Made by a program: the position numbers and the translations under genes
In this document: piece by piece, positions 1 to 9,678 of the stretch
Layout of the letters: each line of letters opens with the position of its first letter
How positions within the stretch are numbered: the first letter of the stretch is position 1
Assembly: GCA_039798785.1 (NCBI GenBank)
Contig: JBDKFG010000024.1
Span: 1 to 64,000, forward strand
Length of the DNA stretch: 64,000 nt
Reading direction: 5' to 3'
Origin: Verrucomicrobiota bacterium
GTDB lineage: Bacteria; Verrucomicrobiota; Lentisphaeria; Lentisphaerales; Lentisphaeraceae
Notes under the pieces: model-generated
What the model saw: only the letters and a program-made list of their open reading frames with translations
What the model was told of the DNA's origin: nothing
The model's database searches: none

Positions 1-26
1 AAATCTTTGATTTTGTTCGCGTTCTG

Positions 27-54
27 TTGAATCTTGAATTTTGAATCTTGAATC
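27..54. repeat. Heptamer tandem repeat (TTGAATY)x4, same family as 48357-48390
   Basis: ttgaatc-ttgaatt-ttgaatc-ttgaatc read directly from the sequence. Confidence 0.8.
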
Positions 55-77
55 GGATTCCCGAGCTGAGCCCAAGC

Positions 78-374
78 TCAGCTTCGGAATCCAGGATTAA
101 TCAACTCAAAATACATTTCGGCGACAAGCTCGTTATTAACTCCCTGTTCCTTGAACTCTTTTTCTATTCGATCCATATCTTGATTGATTTCGGGATCACT
201 CAACTTCTCCTTGACCAAAGCGCAAAAAATAAACACATGCCTGAGTTTTTTCTGATTTACATCGGACAAGGTCTCCGCCAGCAAGATGCGACCTAGAAAA
301 TTAATTAGTTTAATCAATAGAAAGCAGGTTATGACTGGGGTTAGAAGAAAGAGGGAAATTACAAGCCAAGACAT
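78..374 (-). CDS. Small hypothetical membrane protein (AT-rich)
   Basis: 98-aa ORF with a hydrophobic N-terminus in a low-GC patch. Confidence 0.55.
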   Translation of the reverse strand: MSWLVISLFLLTPVITCFLLIKLINFLGRILLAETLSDVNQKKLRHVFIFCALVKEKLSDPEINQDMDRIEKEFKEQGVNNELVAEMYFELINPGFRS

Positions 375-480
375 CGTTATTGTCCTTAGATGGTTACCGC
401 TTCACATGATACACGCCGTGTATCATAATCACAAAACTAAGCAAATGAATAATTTGTGGTGTCTTTGCGAGCGAAAGTCG

Positions 481-645
481 GGAAAGGGTCAGGGAAAACC
501 CGGCGCTACGGGTTGTCCCTGCAGGAGCGCAGCGACGCCCATGCTTACGGGGTTCGGGGACTAGTCCCCGAGCGGGGTGCGGGGCGGCAGCCCTGCCTTT
601 CTTTGTTCAGCGCCGCAGGCTTCGGTTCCGGCGGAGTCGGATTAG
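481..645. repeat. Degenerate dispersed repeat, related to 38116-38243
   Basis: Colinear similar blocks: ggaaagRgtc..aaaaYccggc, ggagcgSag, gggtgcgggg, gcttcRgttccgScggagtcSgattag. Confidence 0.6.
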
Positions 646-681
646 ATAAAAGACGTTAGAGGGTGAAATTCGCTTCGAAGC

Positions 682-1764
682 TCAGGCCAGTTCGATCTTC
701 TCGGCGTTGGCGGGGTAGGAGCCGAGGATTTTGACGAAGGGGCAGGTTTCTTTCAGCTCGGCGACAACCTTGGCGGTGACCGCGTCGCTCATATGGCCGA
801 GGAAGTCGACGAAGAAATAATACTCGCCTTTTTTCAGCTTCGAGGGGCGCGACTCGATCATCGTCATGTTGACCGCGTTGCGATCGAAGTGGGAGAGGAC
901 TTCGTAGAGGGCGCCGACCTTGTCCTTCACCGAGAACATCAGCGAGGTCTTGTCGTCGCCGGTGGAGCGGGTGTCCTGGCCGGAGATGACGAGGAAGCGA
1001 GTGATGTTGTCGTTCATGTCCTCGATCTTGGCATCAAGAACGGCAAGGCCGTAGTGATTGGCGGCAAGGGTCGACGAGATGGCGGCGGCGCCTTCTTCTT
1101 CAGCGGCGAGGCGGGCGGCATCGGCGGTGGAGCGCGTTTCGACGGTGGGGATGCCGGGAAAGTTGCGGTGCAGGTAGAGGCGGCACTGACCGAGGGCTTG
1201 TGGGTGCGAGTAGATGACTTTGATCTTGTCGCGAGTGACCTTGGAGACGAGGTTCTGGTGGGCCGGCAGGTTGAGTTCGGCGCAGATCTTGCAGGCCGAG
1301 GCGGCGAAGACGTCGAGAGTGTAGGTGACGGCGCCTTCGGTGGAGTTTTCGATCGGCACGACGCCGTAATGGGCCTTGCCTTTTTCAACTTCTTCGAAGA
1401 CTTCGGCGATCGAGTTTTTCGGCTGGTAGCGGACGCTGTGGCCGAACTTGCTCATCGCGGCCTGGTGCGAGAAGGTGTTTTCGGGGCCGAGGAAGGCGAT
1501 GGTGAGGGGCGCCTCGAGGGCGAGGGCGCCGGACATGATTTCACGGTAGATCGAGCGCAGGGTGCAGTTGGGCAAGGGCCCTTTGTTCAATCCCTCAAGG
1601 CGCTCGAGAAGGGCTTTTTCGCGCTCGGGGACGTAGATCTCGCGGCGGTTGGCGCGTTTCCATTCGCCGACTTCTCCTGCGAGGCGATAGCGACGGTTGA
1701 TCAGGGTGATGATCTGCTCGTCAATGCTGTCGATGTCTTTGCGCACTTCGCTGATGTCACGCAT
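682..1764 (-). CDS. pheA: Chorismate mutase / prephenate dehydratase (P-protein)
   Basis: N-terminal CM domain (RKDIDSIDEQI..PERE), PDT motifs (FLGPENTFS, PIENSTEG, NITRF), ACT domain with IESRP. Confidence 0.95.
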   Translation of the reverse strand: MRDISEVRKDIDSIDEQIITLINRRYRLAGEVGEWKRANRREIYVPEREKALLERLEGLNKGPLPNCTLRSIYREIMSGALALEAPLTIAFLGPENTFSHQAAMSKFGHSVRYQPKNSIAEVFEEVEKGKAHYGVVPIENSTEGAVTYTLDVFAASACKICAELNLPAHQNLVSKVTRDKIKVIYSHPQALGQCRLYLHRNFPGIPTVETRSTADAARLAAEEEGAAAISSTLAANHYGLAVLDAKIEDMNDNITRFLVISGQDTRSTGDDKTSLMFSVKDKVGALYEVLSHFDRNAVNMTMIESRPSKLKKGEYYFFVDFLGHMSDAVTAKVVAELKETCPFVKILGSYPANAEKIELA

Positions 1765-1912
1765 GGTCCCAGGTCTCCGTCGATGATGTGAAAGCCATAC
1801 TAGGCTGCTGCTGCGACGGGAGTCAAGGGCGATGACGGACTTAGATGGGCTGCTGCCTGCATTGCATAGGTTGCGGGAAGAGCGGGCAGGAATGGTGGCT
1901 GTATTCAGGCTT

Positions 1913-2008
1913 GATGCGTCCCTCAAAAGTCACCGCGTAGCGGTCGAAGCTGGCTTAGCCTGGGGCATCGCCCCAGGTTTTGAGCGTGAAAGGGTGCCGC
2001 CTCGCGTA
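1913..2008. mobile_element. Partial copy of the MITE at 53033-53170 (inverted)
   Basis: ccctcaaaagtcaccgcgtagcggtcgaagctggctt...ggttttgagcg...ccgcctcgcgta matches the reverse complement of about 53080-53166. Confidence 0.7.
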
Positions 2009-2047
2009 ATTCGGTGCTTACTCGTGCTTGCTCACGGTGGAAGCGGA

Positions 2048-2543
2048 CTATCTGGCGTCGGAATAAACTCTAAAACTCTGATAGAACATATATAATGCTG
2101 TGATCATTTCTTTGTTGTTTAAACTGTCATTTATGATATATATTTTGCATTGCTTCTTCCCAGCAAAAGACAGTCGAGAGACTTCAGTTTTTGACGAGTC
2201 AAAAACGGAGAAAGTGGATTTTTCGAAGTTGGCTATGGCCCCATAATCGACTGAATCAGATTGGATACTGCAAAAGTATTTATCTTGGGGGATTTCATAG
2301 TAATCGCAGCCTGAATAAAGTGTTGATATCTTGAATCCATTTACCTCGCAATTAAGGTCACCCAATTTTTTTAAGTAAAATTGAATTTTTGTCATTTTTA
2401 AACGACATAATAAATAGGCTTCCAAATGAAAATGAAGGTTCCTGAATGCTGCATACTTCATTGCGATCTGCATCAAAAATCGAACATGGAGATAGAAGGT
2501 ATCGCTGCCTAAAATAAAATATCTTCACATGTTCATGGGTCAT
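2048..2543 (-). pseudogene. Frameshifted LURP-one/Tubby-C-like gene (AT-rich)
   Basis: MTHEHVKIFYFRQRYLLSPCSIFDADRNEVCSIQEPSFSFG..LLKK continues in another frame as LGDLNCEV... across an A7 run (T7 at 2366-2372 on +). Confidence 0.55.
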
Positions 2544-2547
2544 GATT

Positions 2548-4011
2548 TCACCCCTTCCCCAACCTCTTCCGCAGCGCCTTGACCAGAGTGTCGAGCACCT
2601 GCAGGCGTGCGAGTTTTTTATCGACGGCAGCGACACAGATCCAGGGGGCCCAGGGCTGGTCGGTGCGGAGAAGGAGTTCATCGACTGCCGCTTCGTAAGC
2701 CTTCCATTTGTCGCGGTTGCGCCAGTCTTCGTCAGTGATCTTCCATTGCTTATGGGGGGTTTCCTGGCGTTTTTTGAAGCGCAGGGCTTGTTCTTCGGGG
2801 GTGATCTCGAGCCAGAATTTCAGCACAACGGCGCCGGATTCTGCGAGGTGGCGTTCGGCGGCGTTGATCTCGTCGAAGGCGCGGCGCCAATCGTCGGGCG
2901 CGCAGAAGCCTTCGATGCGCTCGACCATGACGCGTCCGTACCAGGAGCGATCGAAGATGGCGATGCGGCCTTTCCCGGGCATGTCGCGCCAGAAGCGCCA
3001 GAGGTAGTTGCGGGCGATCTCCTCTTTGCTTGGCGCGCCGACCGGGATGACGCGGTATTGGCGGGGGTCGAGGGCGTCGGTGACGCGTTTGATCGCGCCG
3101 CCTTTGCCGGCGGCATCCCAGCCTTCAAAAGCCAGGACCAGGGGGATCTTCTCGCGGAAGAGACGCAAGGAAAGGGTGCTTAATTCATCCTGGAGCTTGC
3201 GGAAGCGTTTTCGGAAGCCGGTTTCGTCACCGAGTCTTGCATTGAGATCAAGGATCTGGCGGGGGGAGGAACCTTCGGCCGGCGGCAAGGTCAGCGTGTC
3301 GGATTTGGGCGGGCGGGGCGGACGGGCGAGCGCGGATTCAAGTCCGGCGGCAACGGCCTCGAGGAATTCCACCTGGGCGCTGCCGCGATCCATGGCGACG
3401 ATGACCTTCCAGGGAGCCTCTTCAGAGTGGCTGCGCCGCAGCACCGAATCGGCGGCCTTAAGCCAGTGGGGGAACATCAGGTTCTGCTCGAGGTCGCTTT
3501 CGGTGACGCGCCAGGCGGTGGTCTTGTCGGCGCGCAGCTCCTTGAAGCGGCGCCCCTGCTCCTTGCGGCTGATGTGTAGGAAGATCTTGATGATGCATGC
3601 GCCGGAATGCAAATGGGCATCTTCAAAAGCGAGAGCATCCCGAAGGTGGCGGCTCGACAGACGCTTGGCTTTCATCGACTGTTCGATGCAGGGGCGGAGC
3701 CAGGAACGGTCGAAAATGGCGATCCGGCCGGGAGCGGGAGAATGGCGCCAGAAGGGCGCGAGCTCGGCGATATCCTCCTTCGCGGACCGCCCCTCGAAGA
3801 CGGCGAAGCCGCGAGGATCGAGGCATTGGGTGAGATCGTTGATCAGCCGCCCTTTGCCGGCCGCGCTGCCGCCGTCGACGGCTAGCAGCACCGGCAGCCC
3901 CTGGTCGAGCACTTGCCGCTGCAACTCCATCAGGCGCACCTCGAGAGCCTCGAGACGGGGCCGAACCTCGGCTTCCGGGATTTTCGCATCCAGATTGAGT
4001 TTCTCGAGCAT
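2548..4011 (-). CDS. ppk2: Two-domain polyphosphate kinase 2 (polyP:AMP phosphotransferase-like)
   Basis: Duplicated PPK2 domains with DGGSAAGKG/EGWDAAGKGG and FDRSW/FDRSWYGR. Confidence 0.92.
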   Translation of the reverse strand: MLEKLNLDAKIPEAEVRPRLEALEVRLMELQRQVLDQGLPVLLAVDGGSAAGKGRLINDLTQCLDPRGFAVFEGRSAKEDIAELAPFWRHSPAPGRIAIFDRSWLRPCIEQSMKAKRLSSRHLRDALAFEDAHLHSGACIIKIFLHISRKEQGRRFKELRADKTTAWRVTESDLEQNLMFPHWLKAADSVLRRSHSEEAPWKVIVAMDRGSAQVEFLEAVAAGLESALARPPRPPKSDTLTLPPAEGSSPRQILDLNARLGDETGFRKRFRKLQDELSTLSLRLFREKIPLVLAFEGWDAAGKGGAIKRVTDALDPRQYRVIPVGAPSKEEIARNYLWRFWRDMPGKGRIAIFDRSWYGRVMVERIEGFCAPDDWRRAFDEINAAERHLAESGAVVLKFWLEITPEEQALRFKKRQETPHKQWKITDEDWRNRDKWKAYEAAVDELLLRTDQPWAPWICVAAVDKKLARLQVLDTLVKALRKRLGKG

Positions 4012-4144
4012 GATCGCGCCTCCAGTCTTCCCAAACTTAGACCTTGGCGGCGGATTGACCAGCTGACGCGGTGAAAGGCAAAAACAGGTCTTGCCGGAGC
4101 AAGACCTGCCCGCCGGCGATCACTCGCCGGCCGTCAGTCCGGAA

Positions 4145-4732
4145 TCAGCGGATGACGATGACGCCGCCGATGGAGATGCGGCTGCCGCAACGGGGAACCG
4201 GCTCGCAACGGCGGACCGGCTCGCAGTGGCGGTAGACCGGCTCGCAGTGGCGGTGATAGACGACGGGCTCGCAGCGGACGGGCTCGCAATACACCCGGCG
4301 AGAGTAGTAGACCTCGCGGTAGTAGCGCTCACGTTCGGCGCGGGCCAGCGCCATCTCGTAGTCACGGCGGCGCTGCTCTTCGTAGAACAAGCGCTCGCGC
4401 TCAAGGCGCGCACACTCGATCTCACGTTCAAGGCGACGGCGTTCATCACAGGGATCATACACCGGGCGGCTGACGACGCGCTCCTCACGGTCCCAGCCGC
4501 TGCTGCGGCTGGAGCTGACGCTGACCGCGACTTCGGTGCGGCGCGATCCGGAGCTGCGCTCCGTCTCGACCGACACTTCGGTGCGGCTCGACTGTCCACG
4601 GCCGGAGAATTCGTCGCGGGCGGAGTCGCCGTTGCGGGCGGATCCGTCGCCGAAATAACCGGCGTTCGAACTGAGGGTCAGGCACAAAACAGCCAGGGCG
4701 GACAAGCGGCCGAGGCTCTTCTTGACAAGCAT
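4145..4732 (-). CDS. Secreted low-complexity protein with CEPV repeats
   Basis: Signal peptide MLVKKSLGRLSALAVLCLTLSSNA, R/E-rich coil, five CEPV repeats. Confidence 0.65.
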   Translation of the reverse strand: MLVKKSLGRLSALAVLCLTLSSNAGYFGDGSARNGDSARDEFSGRGQSSRTEVSVETERSSGSRRTEVAVSVSSSRSSGWDREERVVSRPVYDPCDERRRLEREIECARLERERLFYEEQRRRDYEMALARAERERYYREVYYSRRVYCEPVRCEPVVYHRHCEPVYRHCEPVRRCEPVPRCGSRISIGGVIVIR

Positions 4733-4964
4733 CGTGTGTTTCCTTCTCTTTCTGCACGGGGGACAGGGGCTGCGCCTCTGCATCCTTTCCGTGCAATCTC
4801 ACTAGACAGCCGGCGCCCCTTCCGGATCCTTACGATTCCCGGGCCTCTTTGGAATCGAGTTCTTCGTCTTTTCGTCCTGGCTCCTGCAATATTCGCGCCC
4901 CCTCCTCTTGCCTGCCGCAGGAGATGGACTTGATTGTCAGGGCGAACCCCCAACGGAGATCCTC

Positions 4965-5513
4965 ATGCGACTGCTTTGCGCCCTTCTGCTTTCCCTCTTC
5001 AGCTGCGCCGACAAATCCAAGGTCAGTTCCCGGAACTTTTTCGACCTTGAATCGGAAAGTCTCGCTGGCAAGCCGGTGAAAATGGACCTGTATCGCGGCA
5101 AGGTCATCCTCGTCGTCAACACCGCCAGCAAATGCGGCTTCACCGGCCAGTACAAGGCGCTTGAGACGGTGTGGAAGAAATACCAGGACCGCGGCCTGGT
5201 GGTGATCGGGTTCCCCTGCAATCAATTCGGCTCTCAGGAGCCGGGCGGAGCCAGCGACATCAGCAGCTTCTGCCAAGTGAACTACGGCGTCAGCTTCCCG
5301 ATGATGGCCAAAATCGAGGTCAACGGCCCCGGACGCCACGAAGTCTACAAGTTCCTCTGTGAAGAGTCCGGGCCGGCCAACGGCGACATCGTGTGGAACT
5401 TCAGCAAATTCCTCGTCGGCCGCGACGGCAAGGTGATCGACCGCTTCGCTCCCACCACCAAGCCCGATGCAGACAAGCTCATCGCCGCCATCGAGGCGGC
5501 GCTCGGCAAGTGA
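4965..5513 (+). CDS. Glutathione peroxidase (Cys-type), lipoprotein-like N-terminus
   Basis: VNTASKCGFT, GFPCNQFGSQEPG, WNFSKFLVGRDG. Confidence 0.95.
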   Translation: MRLLCALLLSLFSCADKSKVSSRNFFDLESESLAGKPVKMDLYRGKVILVVNTASKCGFTGQYKALETVWKKYQDRGLVVIGFPCNQFGSQEPGGASDISSFCQVNYGVSFPMMAKIEVNGPGRHEVYKFLCEESGPANGDIVWNFSKFLVGRDGKVIDRFAPTTKPDADKLIAAIEAALGK

Positions 5514-5674
5514 GTCCTCAATCCTCCCAGCCGTAAAGGTGGATGCGAATGACGACGCCCAAGTCTCCCCCTTCTGTGAATTGCAAAACTCTTGCCGCTC
5601 CGGCATAAAAAACGCCTGTTGAATCTTGCGTCGGCCCGCCCTTGGTCCGATACTGGTAGAAGTCCTACCCGGCA

Positions 5675-8527
5675 ATGAGGCTTCTCGTGTCCACCTTCAC
5701 CATTGAGCAGATCCGTTCCCTCTCTCCCGATGCCGCCAGCTTCGACGCGGCCAAGTCAAATTCCTCGCCCGCAAAGTGGCGCGACTGCGGCCGCTCGGAA
5801 CGGGCGCTCTGGGGCATCTGCAAGGGCTCCGCCGAGTACACCGTCGCGGTCTCCCTCGGCGAGGGCATGGACTTCCGCTGCAATTGCCCCTCCCGCAAAC
5901 GCCCCTGCAAACACGGCCTCGCCCTGCTCCTCATCCACAGCGGCGCGCCCCTCGCCGAAATCGCCGAGCCGGACTGGATCGCCGAGTGGTTCAACAAGCG
6001 CGAGGAGACCGCCAAGAAGCGCGCCGAAAAGGTCGAAAAGGCCGTCGCCAAGGCCCAGGAGGCGCCCAGCGTCGATCCGGCCAAGGCCGCCGAAAAGCTC
6101 GAATCCCGCGATGAACTCCTCAGCGCCGCCGTCGAGCGCTTCCAGGCATTCCTCGAGGACGCCCTGCGCACCGGACTCGCCACCCTGCCCGCCCGCGGCG
6201 ACAGCTTCGCCACTCTCGCCGCCCGCCTCGTCGACGACAAGGCGCCTTCTCTCGCCAACCGCGTCCGCAGCCTCGAAGAAATCCTCGGCCGCGGCGAACA
6301 CTGGCCCGCCGCCTTCTGCGACCAGGCCGCCGCCACCGCCCTGCTCCTCCAGACCTGGAAGGAACGCGCCGCCCTCGATGCCGAACTGGTCCATGAAGTC
6401 CGCCTCCAGTCCGGCCTCAGCCTGAAAGAGGAGGACGCCCTCGCCTCGGGGGAACGCCTCAGCGACACCTTCCTCGTCGTCGGCCAGCGCGTCGAAGATC
6501 TCCCCAGGGTGCGGATGATGCGCTCCTGGATCTTCGGCAGCCGCAGCGGACGCCTCCTCACCGAGCTGAAATTCTCGGTCAACGGCCAGCCCTTCCCCGG
6601 CGAACTGCTCAGCCCCGGCCAGGCCTTCAGCGCCGACGCCGTGCTCTCTCCCGGACGCCGCCGCGAACGGGTCTTCCTGCCCCTGCGAAAAGCCGCCATG
6701 CTCAGCGACCTCGCCCAGCTCGGCTGCGCCGATCTCGACGCCGCCCAGCAGCAGCTCGCCGAGGTCCTCGCCGCCTGTCCCTGGACCCGCCAATTCCCGC
6801 TCCTCCTCGCCCAGGTCCGCCTCGGCTTCGCCCGCCAGCAGGCCTGCCTCATCGACCGCGCCGGCCGCTCCTGGCCCCTCGCCCAGCAAAGCCCTTGGGA
6901 GCTCCTCGGCCGCAGCGCCGGCCGCCCCTGCTCGCTCTTCGGCCTCTGGGACGGCCAAGCCTTCGAAGTGCTGTCGCTGATCCAGGATTCCCAGGTCACG
7001 CCCCTGCCCGAAACGCCTTTGCGTCCGCCGCAATTCGCCCCCGACCCGAGCCTCATCCCGGTGATCCAGGGCCTGCGCTCCGAAGACGGCCTCAGCGTGC
7101 CGCATCCCGAGCTCAACGACTTGCTGCTGCGTCCGGCCTTGAGCCCCGCCTGGAAGTTCCTCCTCGCCCGCGCTGCTTCGCAAACTCTCGATCTCGCCGC
7201 CGCAGAATTTCCCGCCCTCCCCGCCGAAGCCGCCGCCGACTTCGCCGCGACCGAACATCTCCTGCCCAAGCCGATGGCCGAATACCTCGCCCGTCTCGAA
7301 CGCGACTCCGCCCTCCGCCTCGAAGCCGAAGCCGAAATCACGTCCCGCGGTTGGCACCTGCCGATCCAGCTTTTGCCCTTCGACGCGCTCGAAGCCGGAC
7401 GCAAACTCCCCGCCGGCTGGCTCGCCGCCTACGGTCCTCGCGGACGCTGGCTCCTCAGCCTCAACCCGGCCTGGAAGGAGCGCCTCAAGGACCTGCCGCC
7501 GTCAGCCAATGCCGACGAGCTCAAAACCACCTGGCTCGAAGGAACTCCCGAAGCCCGCCTCGCCGCCCTGCCCGGCCTCGCCGCCCTCGGCCACAGCGTC
7601 CTCCTCGAATCGCTGCGCGCCACCTGGAAGGCCGACAAAGCGGAGCTTCGCCAACAAGCCCTCACCCAGCTCCTGCCGCTGGCCGACAAGGACGACATTC
7701 CCTTCCTCGAAGAAGCCTTGCGCGACCGCTCCGACAAGGTCCGCCAGCTCGCCCTCGCCACCCTCAACACCCTGCCCGATTCCGCCAGCAGCAAGACCTT
7801 CGCGGAACACGCAAAAAGCCTCTTCCGCGGCGATTCCATCCGTCCCCCCGACATCATCGAAGCGCCGTGGAAGGACTTCACTCCCTCCCGCAAGGACCAC
7901 CCCGCTCCGGCCCTCGCCACCCTCGAAAACTTCGCCGCGCTCTTCCCTCTCCAAGCCTGGGAGGGCATCTCCGGCCGCCCGCTGAAAGAGATGATCGCCG
8001 CCCTGAACAAGGACGACTCCGCCCCCTTCCTCCTCGCCGGACTCCTCGGCGCCGCCCGCCTCTTCCCCAGCCGCGACGAGCAAGTGCTGCCCTTGCTGCA
8101 CTGGTACTACCACCAAGCCCCCCGCGCCCTCCTCGCCAAGCAGGGCAGCCAGGTCGACGACACGGTGCGTTCCCTCCTCGAAGCGGCCCCCGACTCCCTG
8201 CGTTCGGCCTGTCTGCGTCTCCTTCCCGATCACGACCTCAAGCAGCTCGCCGGACGCTTCCTCCCCCGTTTGCCCGAGCCCGACTTATGGCAAGCTCTCC
8301 TCACTCGGATTCCCTGCACTTACGACACCCACGACTTCTATCAACGCGCCATCACCAGCGCCCCCATCCCCCTCATCCGCCAACTCCTCGACTCCCAGCT
8401 CACCGAGCAAGCCGAATCCGGCATCACCCACTCCTGGCACCTCGGCCCCTTCCGCAAACTCCGCGAGATCGCCCTCGCCCGCCTCGATCTGCATCAGCGC
8501 CTGGAAAAACTCAGGAGTGCGCCATGA
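5675..8527 (+). CDS. SWIM zinc-finger protein fused to a DUF5691/HEAT-like domain
   Basis: LWGICKGS..CNCPSRKRPCKHGLAL SWIM motif; C-terminal GPRGRWLLSLNPAW..LRDRSDKVR helical region. Confidence 0.8.
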   Translation: MRLLVSTFTIEQIRSLSPDAASFDAAKSNSSPAKWRDCGRSERALWGICKGSAEYTVAVSLGEGMDFRCNCPSRKRPCKHGLALLLIHSGAPLAEIAEPDWIAEWFNKREETAKKRAEKVEKAVAKAQEAPSVDPAKAAEKLESRDELLSAAVERFQAFLEDALRTGLATLPARGDSFATLAARLVDDKAPSLANRVRSLEEILGRGEHWPAAFCDQAAATALLLQTWKERAALDAELVHEVRLQSGLSLKEEDALASGERLSDTFLVVGQRVEDLPRVRMMRSWIFGSRSGRLLTELKFSVNGQPFPGELLSPGQAFSADAVLSPGRRRERVFLPLRKAAMLSDLAQLGCADLDAAQQQLAEVLAACPWTRQFPLLLAQVRLGFARQQACLIDRAGRSWPLAQQSPWELLGRSAGRPCSLFGLWDGQAFEVLSLIQDSQVTPLPETPLRPPQFAPDPSLIPVIQGLRSEDGLSVPHPELNDLLLRPALSPAWKFLLARAASQTLDLAAAEFPALPAEAAADFAATEHLLPKPMAEYLARLERDSALRLEAEAEITSRGWHLPIQLLPFDALEAGRKLPAGWLAAYGPRGRWLLSLNPAWKERLKDLPPSANADELKTTWLEGTPEARLAALPGLAALGHSVLLESLRATWKADKAELRQQALTQLLPLADKDDIPFLEEALRDRSDKVRQLALATLNTLPDSASSKTFAEHAKSLFRGDSIRPPDIIEAPWKDFTPSRKDHPAPALATLENFAALFPLQAWEGISGRPLKEMIAALNKDDSAPFLLAGLLGAARLFPSRDEQVLPLLHWYYHQAPRALLAKQGSQVDDTVRSLLEAAPDSLRSACLRLLPDHDLKQLAGRFLPRLPEPDLWQALLTRIPCTYDTHDFYQRAITSAPIPLIRQLLDSQLTEQAESGITHSWHLGPFRKLREIALARLDLHQRLEKLRSAP

Positions 8528-8600
8528 TCCTTTTTTCATCTATTGGGGACTGCAGTTCCCTGGGGCCGCCGCAATCCTTGCAGCGTTGTTCCGCCCTCTT

Positions 8601-8825
8601 GCACCAGCAGGGCAGCCAGCCGTCAGCCCAGGGTGTAGTCCGAGGAACGAAGACAAACCCTGGGTTGCAGCCCACGAGTTCCGAGCCCCAGCGGGGCGAC
8701 CAGAAAACCCGGACGCGAGCCCATTCTGAACGCCCCTCCGGGGCTGCAGATCATTTTCCATCCTTCCCAGGGTTTGCGGCTGCGCCGCTACACCCTGGGC
8801 TATCTGCCGGCTGCCCCGCTGGGGC
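8601..8825. repeat. Nested-palindrome REP/BIME-like element
   Basis: Outer IR 8601-8638/8788-8825 (about 32/38 matches), inner IR about 8684-8705/8724-8745, CCCAGGGT/ACCCTGGG motifs. Confidence 0.75.
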
Positions 8826-8849
8826 AAAAAACGCCACAAGCGCAGAACA

Positions 8850-8911
8850 AACCGGCTGGCAGCCGGCGCTCCCAGGAAGTAAACAACACCGGCGAGTCGC
8901 CGGCGCTCCCT
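8850..8911. repeat. Two short REP-like palindromes (accggc..gccggcgctccc)
   Basis: accggctggcagccggcgctccc and accggcgagtcgccggcgctccc in tandem. Confidence 0.6.
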
Positions 8912-8957
8912 GCAAACCCTTGGTTCTTACATCTTAATTCAAACAAGGATCTCCCCC

Positions 8958-9668
8958 ATGCGCCGTCCCGCCCAGATCACTCTTTGCGCTCTCCTCGCCC
9001 TCAGCGCCTCCGGTTGCGCCCAGCTCGAACAGTTCAGTTCGCTTCTCGGCGAGCAGTCCCTAAGCAGCGACAGCATCGCCGCAGGACTGCGCGAAGCGCT
9101 ACGCAAAGGCACCGAGAAAGCAGTCAACGACCTTGCCCGCCCCGGCGGCTTCTCGGGTAGCCGCAGCATCGGCCTGCCGAGTTCCCTGCAAGGCCCCGCT
9201 GACAAGCTCCGCAAAATCGGCCTCTCCAGCCAGGTCGACAAGTTCGAAGGGCTGCTCAACACCGCCGCCGAAAAAGCCACGCCCGCCGCCGCCAGCATCT
9301 TCGCCAAGGCGATTTCATCGCTGACTATCGATGACGCCAAGGGAATTCTTAACGGCGGCCCCACCGCCGCCACCGATTACCTCCGCAGAAGCTCGCTCTC
9401 CGAAGTCCGCGCCGCCGTGCTGCCGGTGATCCGCGGCGAGCTTGAGCAGGTCGGGGCTGTCGCCGACTTCAACAACCTGCGCGACAAATACAACGCCTTG
9501 CCCCTGGTGACTCCGATCAAGGTCGGCCCCGACGACTACGTCGCCGAGCGCAGCTGCGACGCCATCTTCGCCAGTCTCGCCGCGATGGAGGCCGACATCC
9601 GCAGCAATCCCGCCGCCCGCAGCAGCGAACTGCTCCGCCGCGTCTTCGCGCAACAAGACAAGAAATAA
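8958..9668 (+). CDS. DUF4197 family lipoprotein
   Basis: Lipobox ASGC; GLREAL..GT, LNTAAEKA, DAKGILNGGPTAATDYL, IRSNPAAR. Confidence 0.9.
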   Translation: MRRPAQITLCALLALSASGCAQLEQFSSLLGEQSLSSDSIAAGLREALRKGTEKAVNDLARPGGFSGSRSIGLPSSLQGPADKLRKIGLSSQVDKFEGLLNTAAEKATPAAASIFAKAISSLTIDDAKGILNGGPTAATDYLRRSSLSEVRAAVLPVIRGELEQVGAVADFNNLRDKYNALPLVTPIKVGPDDYVAERSCDAIFASLAAMEADIRSNPAARSSELLRRVFAQQDKK

Positions 9669-9678
9669 GCTGCGTCCC

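Noticed and set aside
4965..5513. Selenocysteine glutathione peroxidase
   Set aside because: The active-site codon is TGC (Cys) and there is no in-frame TGA.
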